From contig NC_083226.1 in NCBI RefSeq assembly GCF_032191835.1, forward strand, positions 80,228,001 through 80,292,000: a stretch of 64,000 nt of DNA, written 5' to 3'. Every line of letters starts with the position of its first letter. Position 1 is the first letter of the stretch. Source of the DNA: Heteronotia binoei. Its lineage: Eukaryota. The notes under the pieces were generated by a model that was given only the letters and a program-made list of their open reading frames with translations, was not told where the DNA came from and searched no databases. The translations under genes were made by a program, and so were the position numbers. Below, piece after piece: positions 27,860-37,808 of this stretch.

Positions 27860-28022
27860 CCAGTATGGTAAAGTGGTTAAATGAACATTCTCTTATCTGA
27901 GATAAGCAGGTTTGATTCTCCACTCCTGCATATGCAACTGCTGGAGTAACCTTGGGTCAGTCATAACTCTGTCAGAGCCATTCTCTCAAGAGCAGTTTCT
28001 GTTAGAGCTCTCTCAGCCCCAC
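27860..28022 (+). mobile_element. Squam2-type SINE, 3'-truncated
   Basis: Similar to the 5' half of 4210-4462; stops at ctctcagcccca. Confidence 0.7.
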
Positions 28023-29300
28023 TGTAAGCATGAGCCCCTCCTCCATCTTTAAAATGGACTGTATTCACTCTGACCCTGGTTCCAGACTCCCTGGACTCCC
28101 TTTTGTGTTATCATTTATGGACTGAGTTAATTCTGGCCTAGTGTCAGAGATGCAGAACTGTTATTGTTATGAACTTTTATTATGTGAACACAGGCAAACT
28201 GCTTCTATGGTCATAATAAGCAGCAATATGGACATTAATGACAAATACCCACTTGCCAACTTTCTATAGGCAGTGAATCATGTGTAATTCTAAGCATTTG
28301 GCAACTGTGCAAGCTTTAATATGGACATTTTACTCTGTAGGGCCAAGCTGTTTGCATCCCATCTTGGATAAGAGACCCCCCCCCCTGCTTATTCCTGCCA
28401 GTCCTGTAACTGCATTCCTCCTGCATAGAAAGAATTCCAGATCAGGCTTCCCCAAGAAGCTGCCACCAAAGCCATGCAATGGCGCTTCTGTTCAAGTAAG
28501 ACAGCATCTAAGAGCAGCCCTTAACCAGAAGCCATGACGGAATGATCCTGAATACTTCTTGCTCAGCGAACAGGATGGCACAACAGCAGCACATACTCAG
28601 GGTGGGTCAATCCAGATGCAAATGTGAAGAGCCAGCAATTGGACAATAGAGCTTGCTGCAACTCAGTACATAACAAAAAGCCAGTTCCTGCCAGCCATTG
28701 AAGAGATTGCTGGACACAAAGATGATGCCCAGAAAGAATCTCACCAGCCGGGATGAAATCTTGCCATGCAGATATTCCCCATTGTGTTGCTCTGGTGTTA
28801 CAATGATATAGCAATCTGGCTCTAAATTGACCAACTTCTTTCCTTTGTTAGGGTAGTTTTTCAATAGGTAAACCCATCAGTACTTGCTAATCCTTTCAAG
28901 CTACTGGGAGCCTCCCTCTGTCCGCCCCTTTTGGTGGCATCAGCAGTCACATGTCAGAACATCACTGCAGTGTCACAGGTCAGCTGGCCTCCTTGTCACA
29001 GACCACATGACCTCATCCCCTGAGGGCACAAATATATTAATATAAGGCCAAGCACATGGCAGTTCAGTGTATCTTGTCTTACCATCCCACAGACATGCAC
29101 CCCCAAACTCTGTTTGGGCCACTCTCCACCTTTTTGTCTTCTGTTTCAAGGATCCATGGGAACAGGTCATATCACCCCTCCCCTCTGCAATATTCCTAAA
29201 TGTCCCTATATGTTTCATCTCTATTTTTCTTAGTTCTGGTGTGTATGAATGTTTGATTGTCTATGTGTGATTGTATTTTTATGTATTTTTCTAAGAAAAC

Positions 29301-29304
<4 letters not shown>

Positions 29305-29350
<46 letters not shown>
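29305..29350. repeat. (TA)n microsatellite
   Basis: Direct read. Confidence 0.95.
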
Positions 29351-29353
<3 letters not shown>

Positions 29354-30084
29354 TGTGGAATTTTCTGTCTGAAGAACTGCACATCCGTAAATAAATAAAA
29401 GATCTGCTCCTAAATTCTGCCAAGGAATCTCCTCTGCTCATTCCCTATCTAAAGAGGAGATCCATAGCAATTCCCCTAACACCACTTATTTCACAGGGTG
29501 TCTGTTTTGGGGAGAGGAAGGGAAGGAGATTGTAAGCTGCTCTAAGACTCTGAGTGAAGGGTGTGGTGTAAATCCAATCTCTTCTCTTCTTCTCTTCCAT
29601 ATACTGATCTGTGCCATGTGGTTTGATTAGATATTCCAAAACAAGCATATTGTGTTTCTGTAAAAGTGCAGTGGAAGTACTGTGGCAGTATAGCTAACTG
29701 TTGGCAATAAATCTGTGACAACAGTTCTTTAGGTTCAGTTAACCAGCTGAAATTATGGAGTAGTATAAAAACTTCAAGGTTTGTAGTTAGTTTCTTGTTT
29801 ATTCAGAAAAACCTATATGTGCAATATTTTTGTGTGTTGGGAGATAGATTTAAGATGCTTAAAGTTACAGTACTGTGTATGCAAGTTTGGAAATCAGCCC
29901 ACAGCCAGATGACTTACCATTGATTGCAGAGCCCAAAAGTGTTTCCCCAGCCAGATGAGGAAGCGTTATTTCCTGGCCCAGAAGACAATGCTGTGACCAA
30001 TAATCCAAGCAGATTTACAATGACCTATGGTGGTTAAATAAGAAGACATGTTAGAAAAAACTCTCATCTAGACTGAGGACATAC

Positions 30085-30390
30085 TTAGGCCTGATATGTA
30101 GAGGAGTGGCAGCAGCTGATTGCCCTGATGTTTTCTGGTGGCAGACTCATGTCTGAAGCTACCGTGGCAGAATCTATGTGGAATGAACGGATGCTATTGG
30201 TGGCAGGAAAGAGGTCCAGGGCCAAGAGGCACTTGTGCAATATGCTGGCGACTTGGAATGTAGAAAGGCAGGAGCCATCTGCATGAATAATGAAAGAGCT
30301 AGGAGAGGTGGGTCTCATGGACAGGCAGCCAGAGGTGTAACAGACTGGGCAGGGCACCCCCACAGGAGCAGCTTGTAACAAAATCCAAAC
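30085..30390 (-). mobile_element. old DIRS-type tyrosine recombinase C-terminal fragment
   Basis: IHADGSCLSTFQ...IRSFHIDSATVA...IRAISCCHSSTYQAY resembles the YR consensus H-DG--LT-FQ...HSFRIGAAT...GRW-S-AY--Y. Confidence 0.65.
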
Positions 30391-31117
30391 TCCCTTGCAG
30401 CTCTGGTTTGTCTTAGGCTATTGCAGTAAAATTCAAAGCTCAAAACCCTGCAAGGAGATGTTTCAGAAAAGCTAAAGCAAGATGAGAGGAAACATGGTGC
30501 AACATCTTACTTAAACAGCTCACTGCACCTAAAGGCCCTGAAAAAGGACAGTGTAAAAGCTGCCTTGAACAGAGTGGCTTCATAGGAGGAAAAGTAGACA
30601 TGTGGCAGTTACCTTATGATGCCATCCAGAATCGGTAACATGATGGGTTTACAAGACTGAGGAGGAGTCAAAGGGGGAGCCCCTTCTCCAGCCTTCAATA
30701 GCACAATGAGCCAAAAAGGAGTTACAGGTAGGCCTCATTTTGGGCAGGACCTCACATGAGCAGAGCTCTGGAACCTCTAAATTTTGTTGTGCTCTTTCTT
30801 TCTTTCTTTCACCCCCACCCCAATACTTGCTTCTGGGCTCCATTGTTCAAATACCCTGTGAGAATTTTGCTGAACTCTAAGATTTGGCAAACTTTTTAAT
30901 ATAATTCCCCACAAAAATGGGAGAATAACCAAAACATATAAAGCAGACAGATGGAAATCATCATGCCACTGTGGCCACATAGGAAAAAGTAATTGAAAAA
31001 GTATGATGGGGGTAAGGTTTTATGATAACAATTATAATTCAAGAAGCATTTTGAGGTAGATGCTGAGCTGATACAATTTAGTACACCTTCTGGTGATGTC
31101 AAGGGACTGTAGCATAT

Positions 31118-31298
31118 GAGGACTGGATCTACATGTTTTTTGAGGGGGGAGGGAAATTAAAAAATGATGCCCCCTTATGGGCCATTCTGTCTTATGGTCC
31201 CATAGAATACAATGGACTCCATACCAAATTTGGCGCCCCTGTCTGTTGGTGCTCGGGGCAAGCACCCCCCTCTGCCCCGCCCCCTAGATCCAGCCCTG
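31118..31298. mobile_element. short MITE
   Basis: TIRs gaggactggatcta / tagatccagccctg; no clear TSD. Confidence 0.5.
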
Positions 31299-31584
31299 CT
31301 CCTTCCCAATGATGACAACCATTAAAATCAGAAGACACTCAAGGAAGATAAGATCCCTGAGGATGTTGGTTCTTTCCTAATATAGGAGCCAAAATTGAGC
31401 ACACCATTACCCAGCAAAGTGAACCCCCAAACTCAAACTGCTTCCACATCAGAATGAATGCCTCTCCAGGGGATAAAGAAGACTACCATTTCAGAACCCC
31501 ATTGAAATTGGTTAAGAAATTAAGCCACCCACAGGTCCTTTCTAATACTGTGAGTTATTCCAATGTGATGGTGAGGGGCTGAAA

Positions 31585-33850
31585 CACCAGTTTCAGTTTC
31601 AGTTTATTTCAGTTTATATCCTGCCCTTCCCACCGAAGCGGCTCAGGGCGGCTTCCAACATATAAAATCTAACATAAAGTTTGGTTTCAAAATACATCAG
31701 TTTGCAACAATTTAAAACAATAAAATAGTAAAACATATAGAACAAACGATCCGCCAAAGTGCTACACTACAACCTTCCATAAAGTTTCCAATGTCAGTTA
31801 GTTATAGGCCAGCTGGAAGAGGGCTGTCTTACAGGCCCTGCGGAACTGCCCAAGGTCCCGCAGGGCCCTCGCCTCTTCCGGTAGCTGTTTCCACCAGCAA
31901 GGAGCAATTACCGAAAAGGCCCTATCCCTGGTGGATTTCCAACGGGCCTCCTTTGGCCCGGGGATTACAAGCAGATTTTGAGAGCTCGATCTCAGTACTC
32001 TCTGGGGAACATGTGGGGAGAAACAGTCCCTAAGGTAGGCAGGTCCTAGGCCATATAGGGCTTTAAAGGTAATAATCAGCACCTTGTACCGGACTCGGTA
32101 TATTATTGGCAGCCAGTGCAGATCCCAGAGCCCCGGCTGAATGTGCTCCCATCTTGGGAGCCCTAATAACAGCCGGGTGTCGTCATTCTGCACTAACTGC
32201 AACTTCCAGGTTCGGCACAGGGGCAGCCCCATCTAGAGGGCGTTACGGTACTCCAACCTCGAGGTGACCATGGCATGAATCACCATTGCTAGATCGTAGT
32301 GCTCCAGGAAAGGGGCCAGCTGCCTCGCCCGCCTAAGATGAAAAAATGAGGACTTGGCAGTGGCTGCTATCTGAGCCTCCATTGTTAGGGAAGGCTCCAA
32401 TAGTACCCCCAGACTCTTGACCTTGTGTGCCACTGTCGGTGGCGCACCATCAAAAACTGACAGGGGGATTTCCCCTCCCGGGCCACAACGACCCAAGCAA
32501 AGGACCTTTGTCTTTGCCGGATTCAGCTTTAATCCACTCAGCCTGAGCCACCTTGCCACGGCCTGTAATGCCCCGTCCAAATTTTCTGGGGCACAGGCAG
32601 GTCGGCCAACCATAAGTAGATAGAGCTGGGTTTCATCAGTTTACTGATGTACACTGTGTACTGATGACAACCCAACCCATACCTTCGGGCAATCTGGGCA
32701 AGGGGGCGTATGTAGATGTTAAACAATATCGGGGAAAGCACCGCCCCTTGAGGCACTCCTCAATCAAGTGTGTGTCTCCGGAAGTTCACCCCCAATCACC
32801 ATCCTTTGTCCCCGACCATCAATGAAAGAGGAAAGCCATTGTAAGGCCAGCCCCTGAATCCCCGTGTCGGCGAGGCGGCAAGTCAGCAACCGATGGTCAA
32901 CCGTATCAAATGCTGCCGATAGGTCTAACAGCATCAGTACTGCCGAGCCGCCTCAATCCAGATGCCGTTGAAGGTCATCCACCAGGTCAACCAACACTAT
33001 CTCCGCCCCATGGCTCGGGCGAAAGCCAGACTGATGGGGATCAAGAACGGAAGCATCCTCGAGGAAACTCTGTAGCTGCAACGCCACTGCCCTCTCGATA
33101 AGTTTGCCCAAAAAGGGCAAATTCAAGACCAGCCGATAATGCGCCAACTCGGTCGGGTCTAACGTTGTTTTTTTTAAAGAGAGGATGGACCACCACCTCT
33201 TTATAAATGGTGTTGGAAAATGCCCTTCTGCTAGGGATCTATTTATGATATCCCGTACAGGATATCTAAGCTCCCTCTGGCAGGTTTTAATAAGCCAGGA
33301 GGGGCACGGGTCCAGATTGCAAGTTGTTGGGCGTGCAGATAAGAGGATCCTGTCAACTTCCTCCAGGCTGAGAGCACTGAAGCCATCCAGAACATGATCC
33401 AAAGACAGGCATGGAGCCTCGGGTTCGCAAACTGTCTCTAATATGGCAGGGAAGTCGCGGCGGAGCGATGCGATCTTATCTGCAAAAAAATTTGCAAAAG
33501 CCTCATAGCCGATCACCAATTTGTTAGAATTTGGTCTGCCTTGTGGCAGCGTTGTAAGGGTCCGAATTGTATTGAACAATTGTGCCGGGCGTGAAATTGC
33601 AGACGCAATCTTAGCTGCAAAGTATGTTTTCTTTGCGGCTTTGACTGCCATCTCATAGGACTTCATAAACTCTCTATAAGATGTTCTGGTTGCTTCGTCT
33701 CGAGTACGCCGCCATTGCCTCTCTAGCTGTCTGAGTCCGTGTTTTAATTGCCGCAACTCTTGGTTGTACCAAGGTGTCGGCTTTAAAAGAAGGTGCAGAG
33801 TGCACCTAGGTGCGATCTCATTGATGGCCCTGGAGAGCTTATCATTCCAG
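31585..33850 (-). mobile_element. L2-clade LINE, 5'-truncated, RT disrupted
   Basis: RT motifs across ORFs 32953-33879, 32233-32613 and 31798-32232. The tail is a short aactga repeat. There is a 17-bp insertion in the YADD codons (~32640-32660) plus nonsense codons. Confidence 0.92.
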
Positions 33851-33921
33851 GATTGCGTCTGCAAATTCGCGCCCAGCACAATTGTTCAAAATAATTGGAC
33901 ATTTAACTACAAGGGTGTAGG

Positions 33922-35190
33922 ATGGATGACGCTTCCATCCTAGACCCTTGCCAGTCCGGCTTTCGCCCGGGTTATGGGACGGAGACAGTACTGGTCGCCC
34001 TGGTAGATGATCTCCAACGGCACCTGAATCGGGGCGGTGTGGTGGTGCTGAAGCTGTTAGATCTGTCGGCCGCGTTCGACACGGTCGACCATCGGCTACT
34101 GACCCGCCGCCTCGCCGATATAGGGGTGAGGGGGTCTGCCTTACAATGGCTCTCCTCCTTCCTCGAGGATCGGGGACAAAGGGTGGCAATTGGGGGCAAG
34201 CAGTCCCGGAGGCGCACACTGGATTGTGGAGTGCCCCAGGGGGCAGTTCTCTCACCAATGTTATTCAATATCTATATGCGCCCTCTTGCCCAGATTGCCA
34301 GGAGATATGGACTTGGGTGCCATCAATATGCAGATGACACCCAACTCTATCTGCTGATGGACGGCCAGCCTGACTGCATCCCTGAGAATTTAGACTGGGC
34401 CTTGCAAGATATGGCAACTTGGTTGAGGAGGAGCGGGCTGAAACTGAATCCAGCGAAGACAGAAGTCCTTTGTCTGGGTCGGGGCGCTCGGGAAGGGGAA
34501 ATATTTCTTCCGGTCTTCGATGGGGCACCGCTGAAAGCGGCGCACCGGGTTAGGAGTCTGGGAGTTTTACTGGAGCCTTCATTATCAATGGAGGCCCAGA
34601 TTGCAGCCACTGCCAAGTCAGCATTTTTCCATCTAAGGCGGGCAAGGCAGTTGGCTCCCTTCCTAGAGCGCCAAGATCTGGCAACGGTACTTCACGCAAC
34701 GGTCACCTCGAGATTGGATTACTGCAATGCCCTCTACATGGGGCTGCCTCTGTACCGAACCCGGAAGCTGCAGCTGGTGCAGAATGCAGCGGCTAGACTG
34801 TTGCTGGGGCTTCCTAAATGGGAGCACATACAGCCTGTACTGCGCGAGCTGCACTGGCTGCCAGTTATATACCGGGTTCGTTACAAAGTGCTGGTCATTA
34901 CTTTTAAAGCCCTATATGGTCGAGGACCTGTCTACCTTAGGGACCGTCTCTCCCCATATGAACCCCAGAGAGCATTGAGGTCAGCCGGAAAAAACTTGTT
35001 GACTGCTCCCGGACTGAGAGAGGTGAAGCTGCAATGCACCCGTAACCGAGCCTTCTCCTCTGTAGCCCCGAACCTATGGAACCAACTTCCAGAGGAAATG
35101 CGGGCCCTGCGGGATCTTGAACAATTCCACAGGGCCTGCAAGACCTTCCTCTTCCGACTGGCTTTCGCTGACGAAGAAAGAAATTGCTAA
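33922..35190 (+). CDS. L2 reverse transcriptase domain and C-terminus (5'-truncated ORF2)
   Basis: SGFRPGYGTET, LLDLSAAFDTVDH, GVPQGAVLSP, YADD, LNPAKT. Confidence 0.85.
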   Translation: MDDASILDPCQSGFRPGYGTETVLVALVDDLQRHLNRGGVVVLKLLDLSAAFDTVDHRLLTRRLADIGVRGSALQWLSSFLEDRGQRVAIGGKQSRRRTLDCGVPQGAVLSPMLFNIYMRPLAQIARRYGLGCHQYADDTQLYLLMDGQPDCIPENLDWALQDMATWLRRSGLKLNPAKTEVLCLGRGAREGEIFLPVFDGAPLKAAHRVRSLGVLLEPSLSMEAQIAATAKSAFFHLRRARQLAPFLERQDLATVLHATVTSRLDYCNALYMGLPLYRTRKLQLVQNAAARLLLGLPKWEHIQPVLRELHWLPVIYRVRYKVLVITFKALYGRGPVYLRDRLSPYEPQRALRSAGKNLLTAPGLREVKLQCTRNRAFSSVAPNLWNQLPEEMRALRDLEQFHRACKTFLFRLAFADEERNC

Positions 35191-35385
35191 TGATAACCGC
35201 CATCATAAAAGAACAAATAGCATTAGCACTTTTACTAATTTAATTAATTAATTTTTAAACTTAATCAGAATTTTAATGTTTAAATGTAATTTGTTTTCTT
35301 TGTCTTTCTTTGTATAGTTGAAATTTAAATGATGCTGTTAGCCGCTCTGAGCCTGCTCCGGCGGGGAGGGCGGGATACAAATAAA

Positions 35386-35387
<2 letters not shown>

Positions 35388-35460
<73 letters not shown>
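35388..35460. repeat. (ATCT)n microsatellite (L2 tail)
   Basis: Direct read. Confidence 0.95.
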
Positions 35461-35461
<1 letters not shown>

Positions 35462-35466
35462 GCAGG

Positions 35467-36663
35467 ATGGCTACAGAAGCAGCTACCATGCTGGTGGATA
35501 AACTGACTACCACCAACTATAATACCTGGTCGTTAAGGCTCGAGCATTTCCTGAAGCGAAAGGGGCCATGGGACTGTGTGTCTGCTCCTCCCAAGGATCC
35601 CACGCCGGCTGGTTTCATGGTATCTTTTGATGCTAAGAGCTGCAAGATACTGAAAAAAGGTAGACTATTGGCAAAGGGTGTGTTAAAGGAAAATGTGTAT
35701 GAGTTAGACCAGACGGTGGGAAAGGCACAGGCAGTGTGGAATAAGCAACCCCACAGTAGGTGCATTCATCGATTGCACAGACGCCTGGGACACGCTAGCT
35801 ATAATACCATTAATAAAACACTGGCTATATTGCAAGGGAATAAGGTTGAAAAATGTGATGTGTTCCTAGATTGCTATATATGTAAAGAGGCAAAGTCCAA
35901 AGCGTTTCCAGTAGCTAAAAAGAGTGACCGGGTGTCAGTAAGACCACTCCAATTAGTGCATGCAGATGTAGTGGGGTCGTATGCACCCAGTATATCAAAG
36001 AACAGATATGGGTTAGTCATAGTAGATGACTACAGCCGCTTTGCGTGGGTATATGCAATTAAGCAGAAGAGTGATGTCTTTCCAACTTTTCAGCACTGGG
36101 CAAAAAGAGTTAAAAAGCAATTAAACTGTAAAATAGGAGCTCTCCAAAGTGATTTGGGAGGTGAATTTTTGAGTAAAAGCTTTGCAAACTATTTGAAGGA
36201 GGAAGGCATTAATCACAGGGTTGCCAACATCTCCTCTCCAGCCGAAGATGGCATGGCCGAACGCAGAGGAGGCATCCTCCAAACCATGTACCACGCTTTA
36301 CTGGCAGATAGTGCACTGAAGTTGGCATATTGGGGAGAAGCATTAAAAACAGCTTGTTTTATCTCTAATAGATTGTGGACTCAGGCTCTGGATGATATAC
36401 CATATAGAGTACTGTATGGCAAAAAGCCAAACCTAGAATACCTTAGGATCTTTGGGTCTAAGTCATGGGTGAATATTCCTCTGGACAAGAGGAGGAAAGG
36501 GGGAGCCAGAAAGCTATTATTTGTGGGCTATCAGAATGGCATGAAATCATATCGGTTTGTGGATTCAAATATTATGATAAGGCTGGGCAGAGCAGCTTCG
36601 TTCTGTGAAGATGAGAACTGGACTAGAATCCATGCCAATGAAATGCCTAAAGGAGTTGAATAG
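35467..36663 (+). CDS. Copia gag-N fused in frame to GAG-pre-integrase + integrase core
   Basis: LTTTNYNTWSLRLE (gag), LHRRLGH...CYIC (HHCC), LVHADVVG, IVDDYSR, QSDLGGEF and GMAERRG (D,D,E). Confidence 0.75.
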   Translation: MATEAATMLVDKLTTTNYNTWSLRLEHFLKRKGPWDCVSAPPKDPTPAGFMVSFDAKSCKILKKGRLLAKGVLKENVYELDQTVGKAQAVWNKQPHSRCIHRLHRRLGHASYNTINKTLAILQGNKVEKCDVFLDCYICKEAKSKAFPVAKKSDRVSVRPLQLVHADVVGSYAPSISKNRYGLVIVDDYSRFAWVYAIKQKSDVFPTFQHWAKRVKKQLNCKIGALQSDLGGEFLSKSFANYLKEEGINHRVANISSPAEDGMAERRGGILQTMYHALLADSALKLAYWGEALKTACFISNRLWTQALDDIPYRVLYGKKPNLEYLRIFGSKSWVNIPLDKRRKGGARKLLFVGYQNGMKSYRFVDSNIMIRLGRAASFCEDENWTRIHANEMPKGVE

Positions 36664-37457
36664 CAGCTATCTCTACAGAGTGAGGAGGGGCACGGTGATG
36701 TAAACAGAGAAGCTCCCTCACTGAAACAGAGAGAGGAAAGTGCTGGCAGTTCAGACAGTATAAAGCAGGAAAGCTCTGAGGCGGTAAAGTGCAAAACGCC
36801 TGAGGTCAGAGTGTCTGCTAGAGAAAATAGGGAATACCACCTAAACGGTATGGATATGACAGTGACATAAATTATCTGTCTAATGGAGGTTATCTATCTA
36901 ACGGGGAGCCCAGGTGTTATCAGAGTGTACTGGATCTAGATTATGGTACCTCTTCCACAGAGGAGGAAGAGTCACAAGCTAAGAGTCCTGAAAAGGTAGA
37001 GGCTTCAATAAGGTATCTGGATAACGGGCTCTATGTGCCAGCAGACTGGTAGTGTTAATGTAAAGAATGTAACTCCAAAGACAATGCTAGCTGCTACAGA
37101 TGTATTAAGTAAAGAAATAAACTCTGAACGACAAACTGATGTGTAAACTCAAAACTGTAAAAATAATGTGCCTCTGTAATACAGATGATATGGTATGTGC
37201 TCTGGCAGAGTGGCCAGAGGAAAAAGGGATGAGCCGGGGGAGGCTATCTAACTAAGAATGTACTTGGAACAGTAATTAACGAACAGAACTAAGTGTGTGT
37301 GCCAACACAGAGTCACAGAGGCAGTATGCTGAATGGTGATGATTGTAAATATGTAAGCAAATGTGAATGTAAACTATGTATCAATGTTGCCATGGAGCAT
37401 GTGTAATATGTAATGTTAAGGTATGTTGCAGCTATGTGCTTATAAACTGAGGAAGGG

Positions 37458-37808
37458 TGTCAGTATATTCAAAGCCAAGCAGTTTCTATGCACATACTGG
37501 GAAAGTGAAAGTAACAGAACTGCCAGGTAGATCATCTAAGTGACAGAAGGTGGCTGGTTGCCAGATTGCATCACCCTGGGCAATGTCAGCATGACTCAGC
37601 AGCAAGCTGATTGGTTACCGGGGTGGATAGTGTGTATAAATGTACAAAGACACTTTACTGTGTGTGGGATATGTATGGTGGAGGCGCAGTGGAGCATTCT
37701 GTCGGATTGGAGAGTGGAGGTGTAAATAAATTTTATATAGTGGTTTTAACATTGCTGTGTGCAAGCCTTCATTCTTTGTGTCACTAAAGACCACCCTCAC
37801 TAAGCACA
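37458..37808 (+). repeat. putative 3' LTR of the Copia element
   Basis: Starts TG right after the PPT, with TATA-like gtataaat (~37633) and AATAAA (~37725). The CA end is uncertain. Confidence 0.55.

Larger units (their letters stand above)
33913..35460 (+). mobile_element. L2-clade LINE, young 5'-truncated copy with (ATCT)n tail
   Basis: Uninterrupted 422-aa RT/C-terminal ORF. 3' end ccgctctgagcctgctccggcggggagggcgggatacaaataaaat. Confidence 0.92.
35462..37808 (+). mobile_element. Ty1/Copia-derived LTR element lacking 5' LTR, protease and RT
   Basis: Copia gag N-terminus, pre-integrase and integrase core, then linker RENRGIPPKRYG (with a frameshift). PPT gaggaaggg at 37449-37457 is followed by TG. 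Confidence 0.8.

Noticed and set aside
28400-28864. Overlapping minus-strand ORFs of 83-85 aa
   Set aside because: No splice signals or recognisable protein. Faint resemblance to an L1 ORF2 C-terminal region; not supportable.
31585-35460. Single L2 with a 5' inversion (twin priming)
   Set aside because: Both halves contain the same RT-to-3' region, each has its own tail, and they differ in sequence, so they are two insertions.
35329-35466. N-terminal extension of the 444-aa ORF (MMLLAALS…IYLSIYLS…)
   Set aside because: It is read-through of the L2 3' tail and the (ATCT)n microsatellite. The Copia frame starts at ATG 35467.
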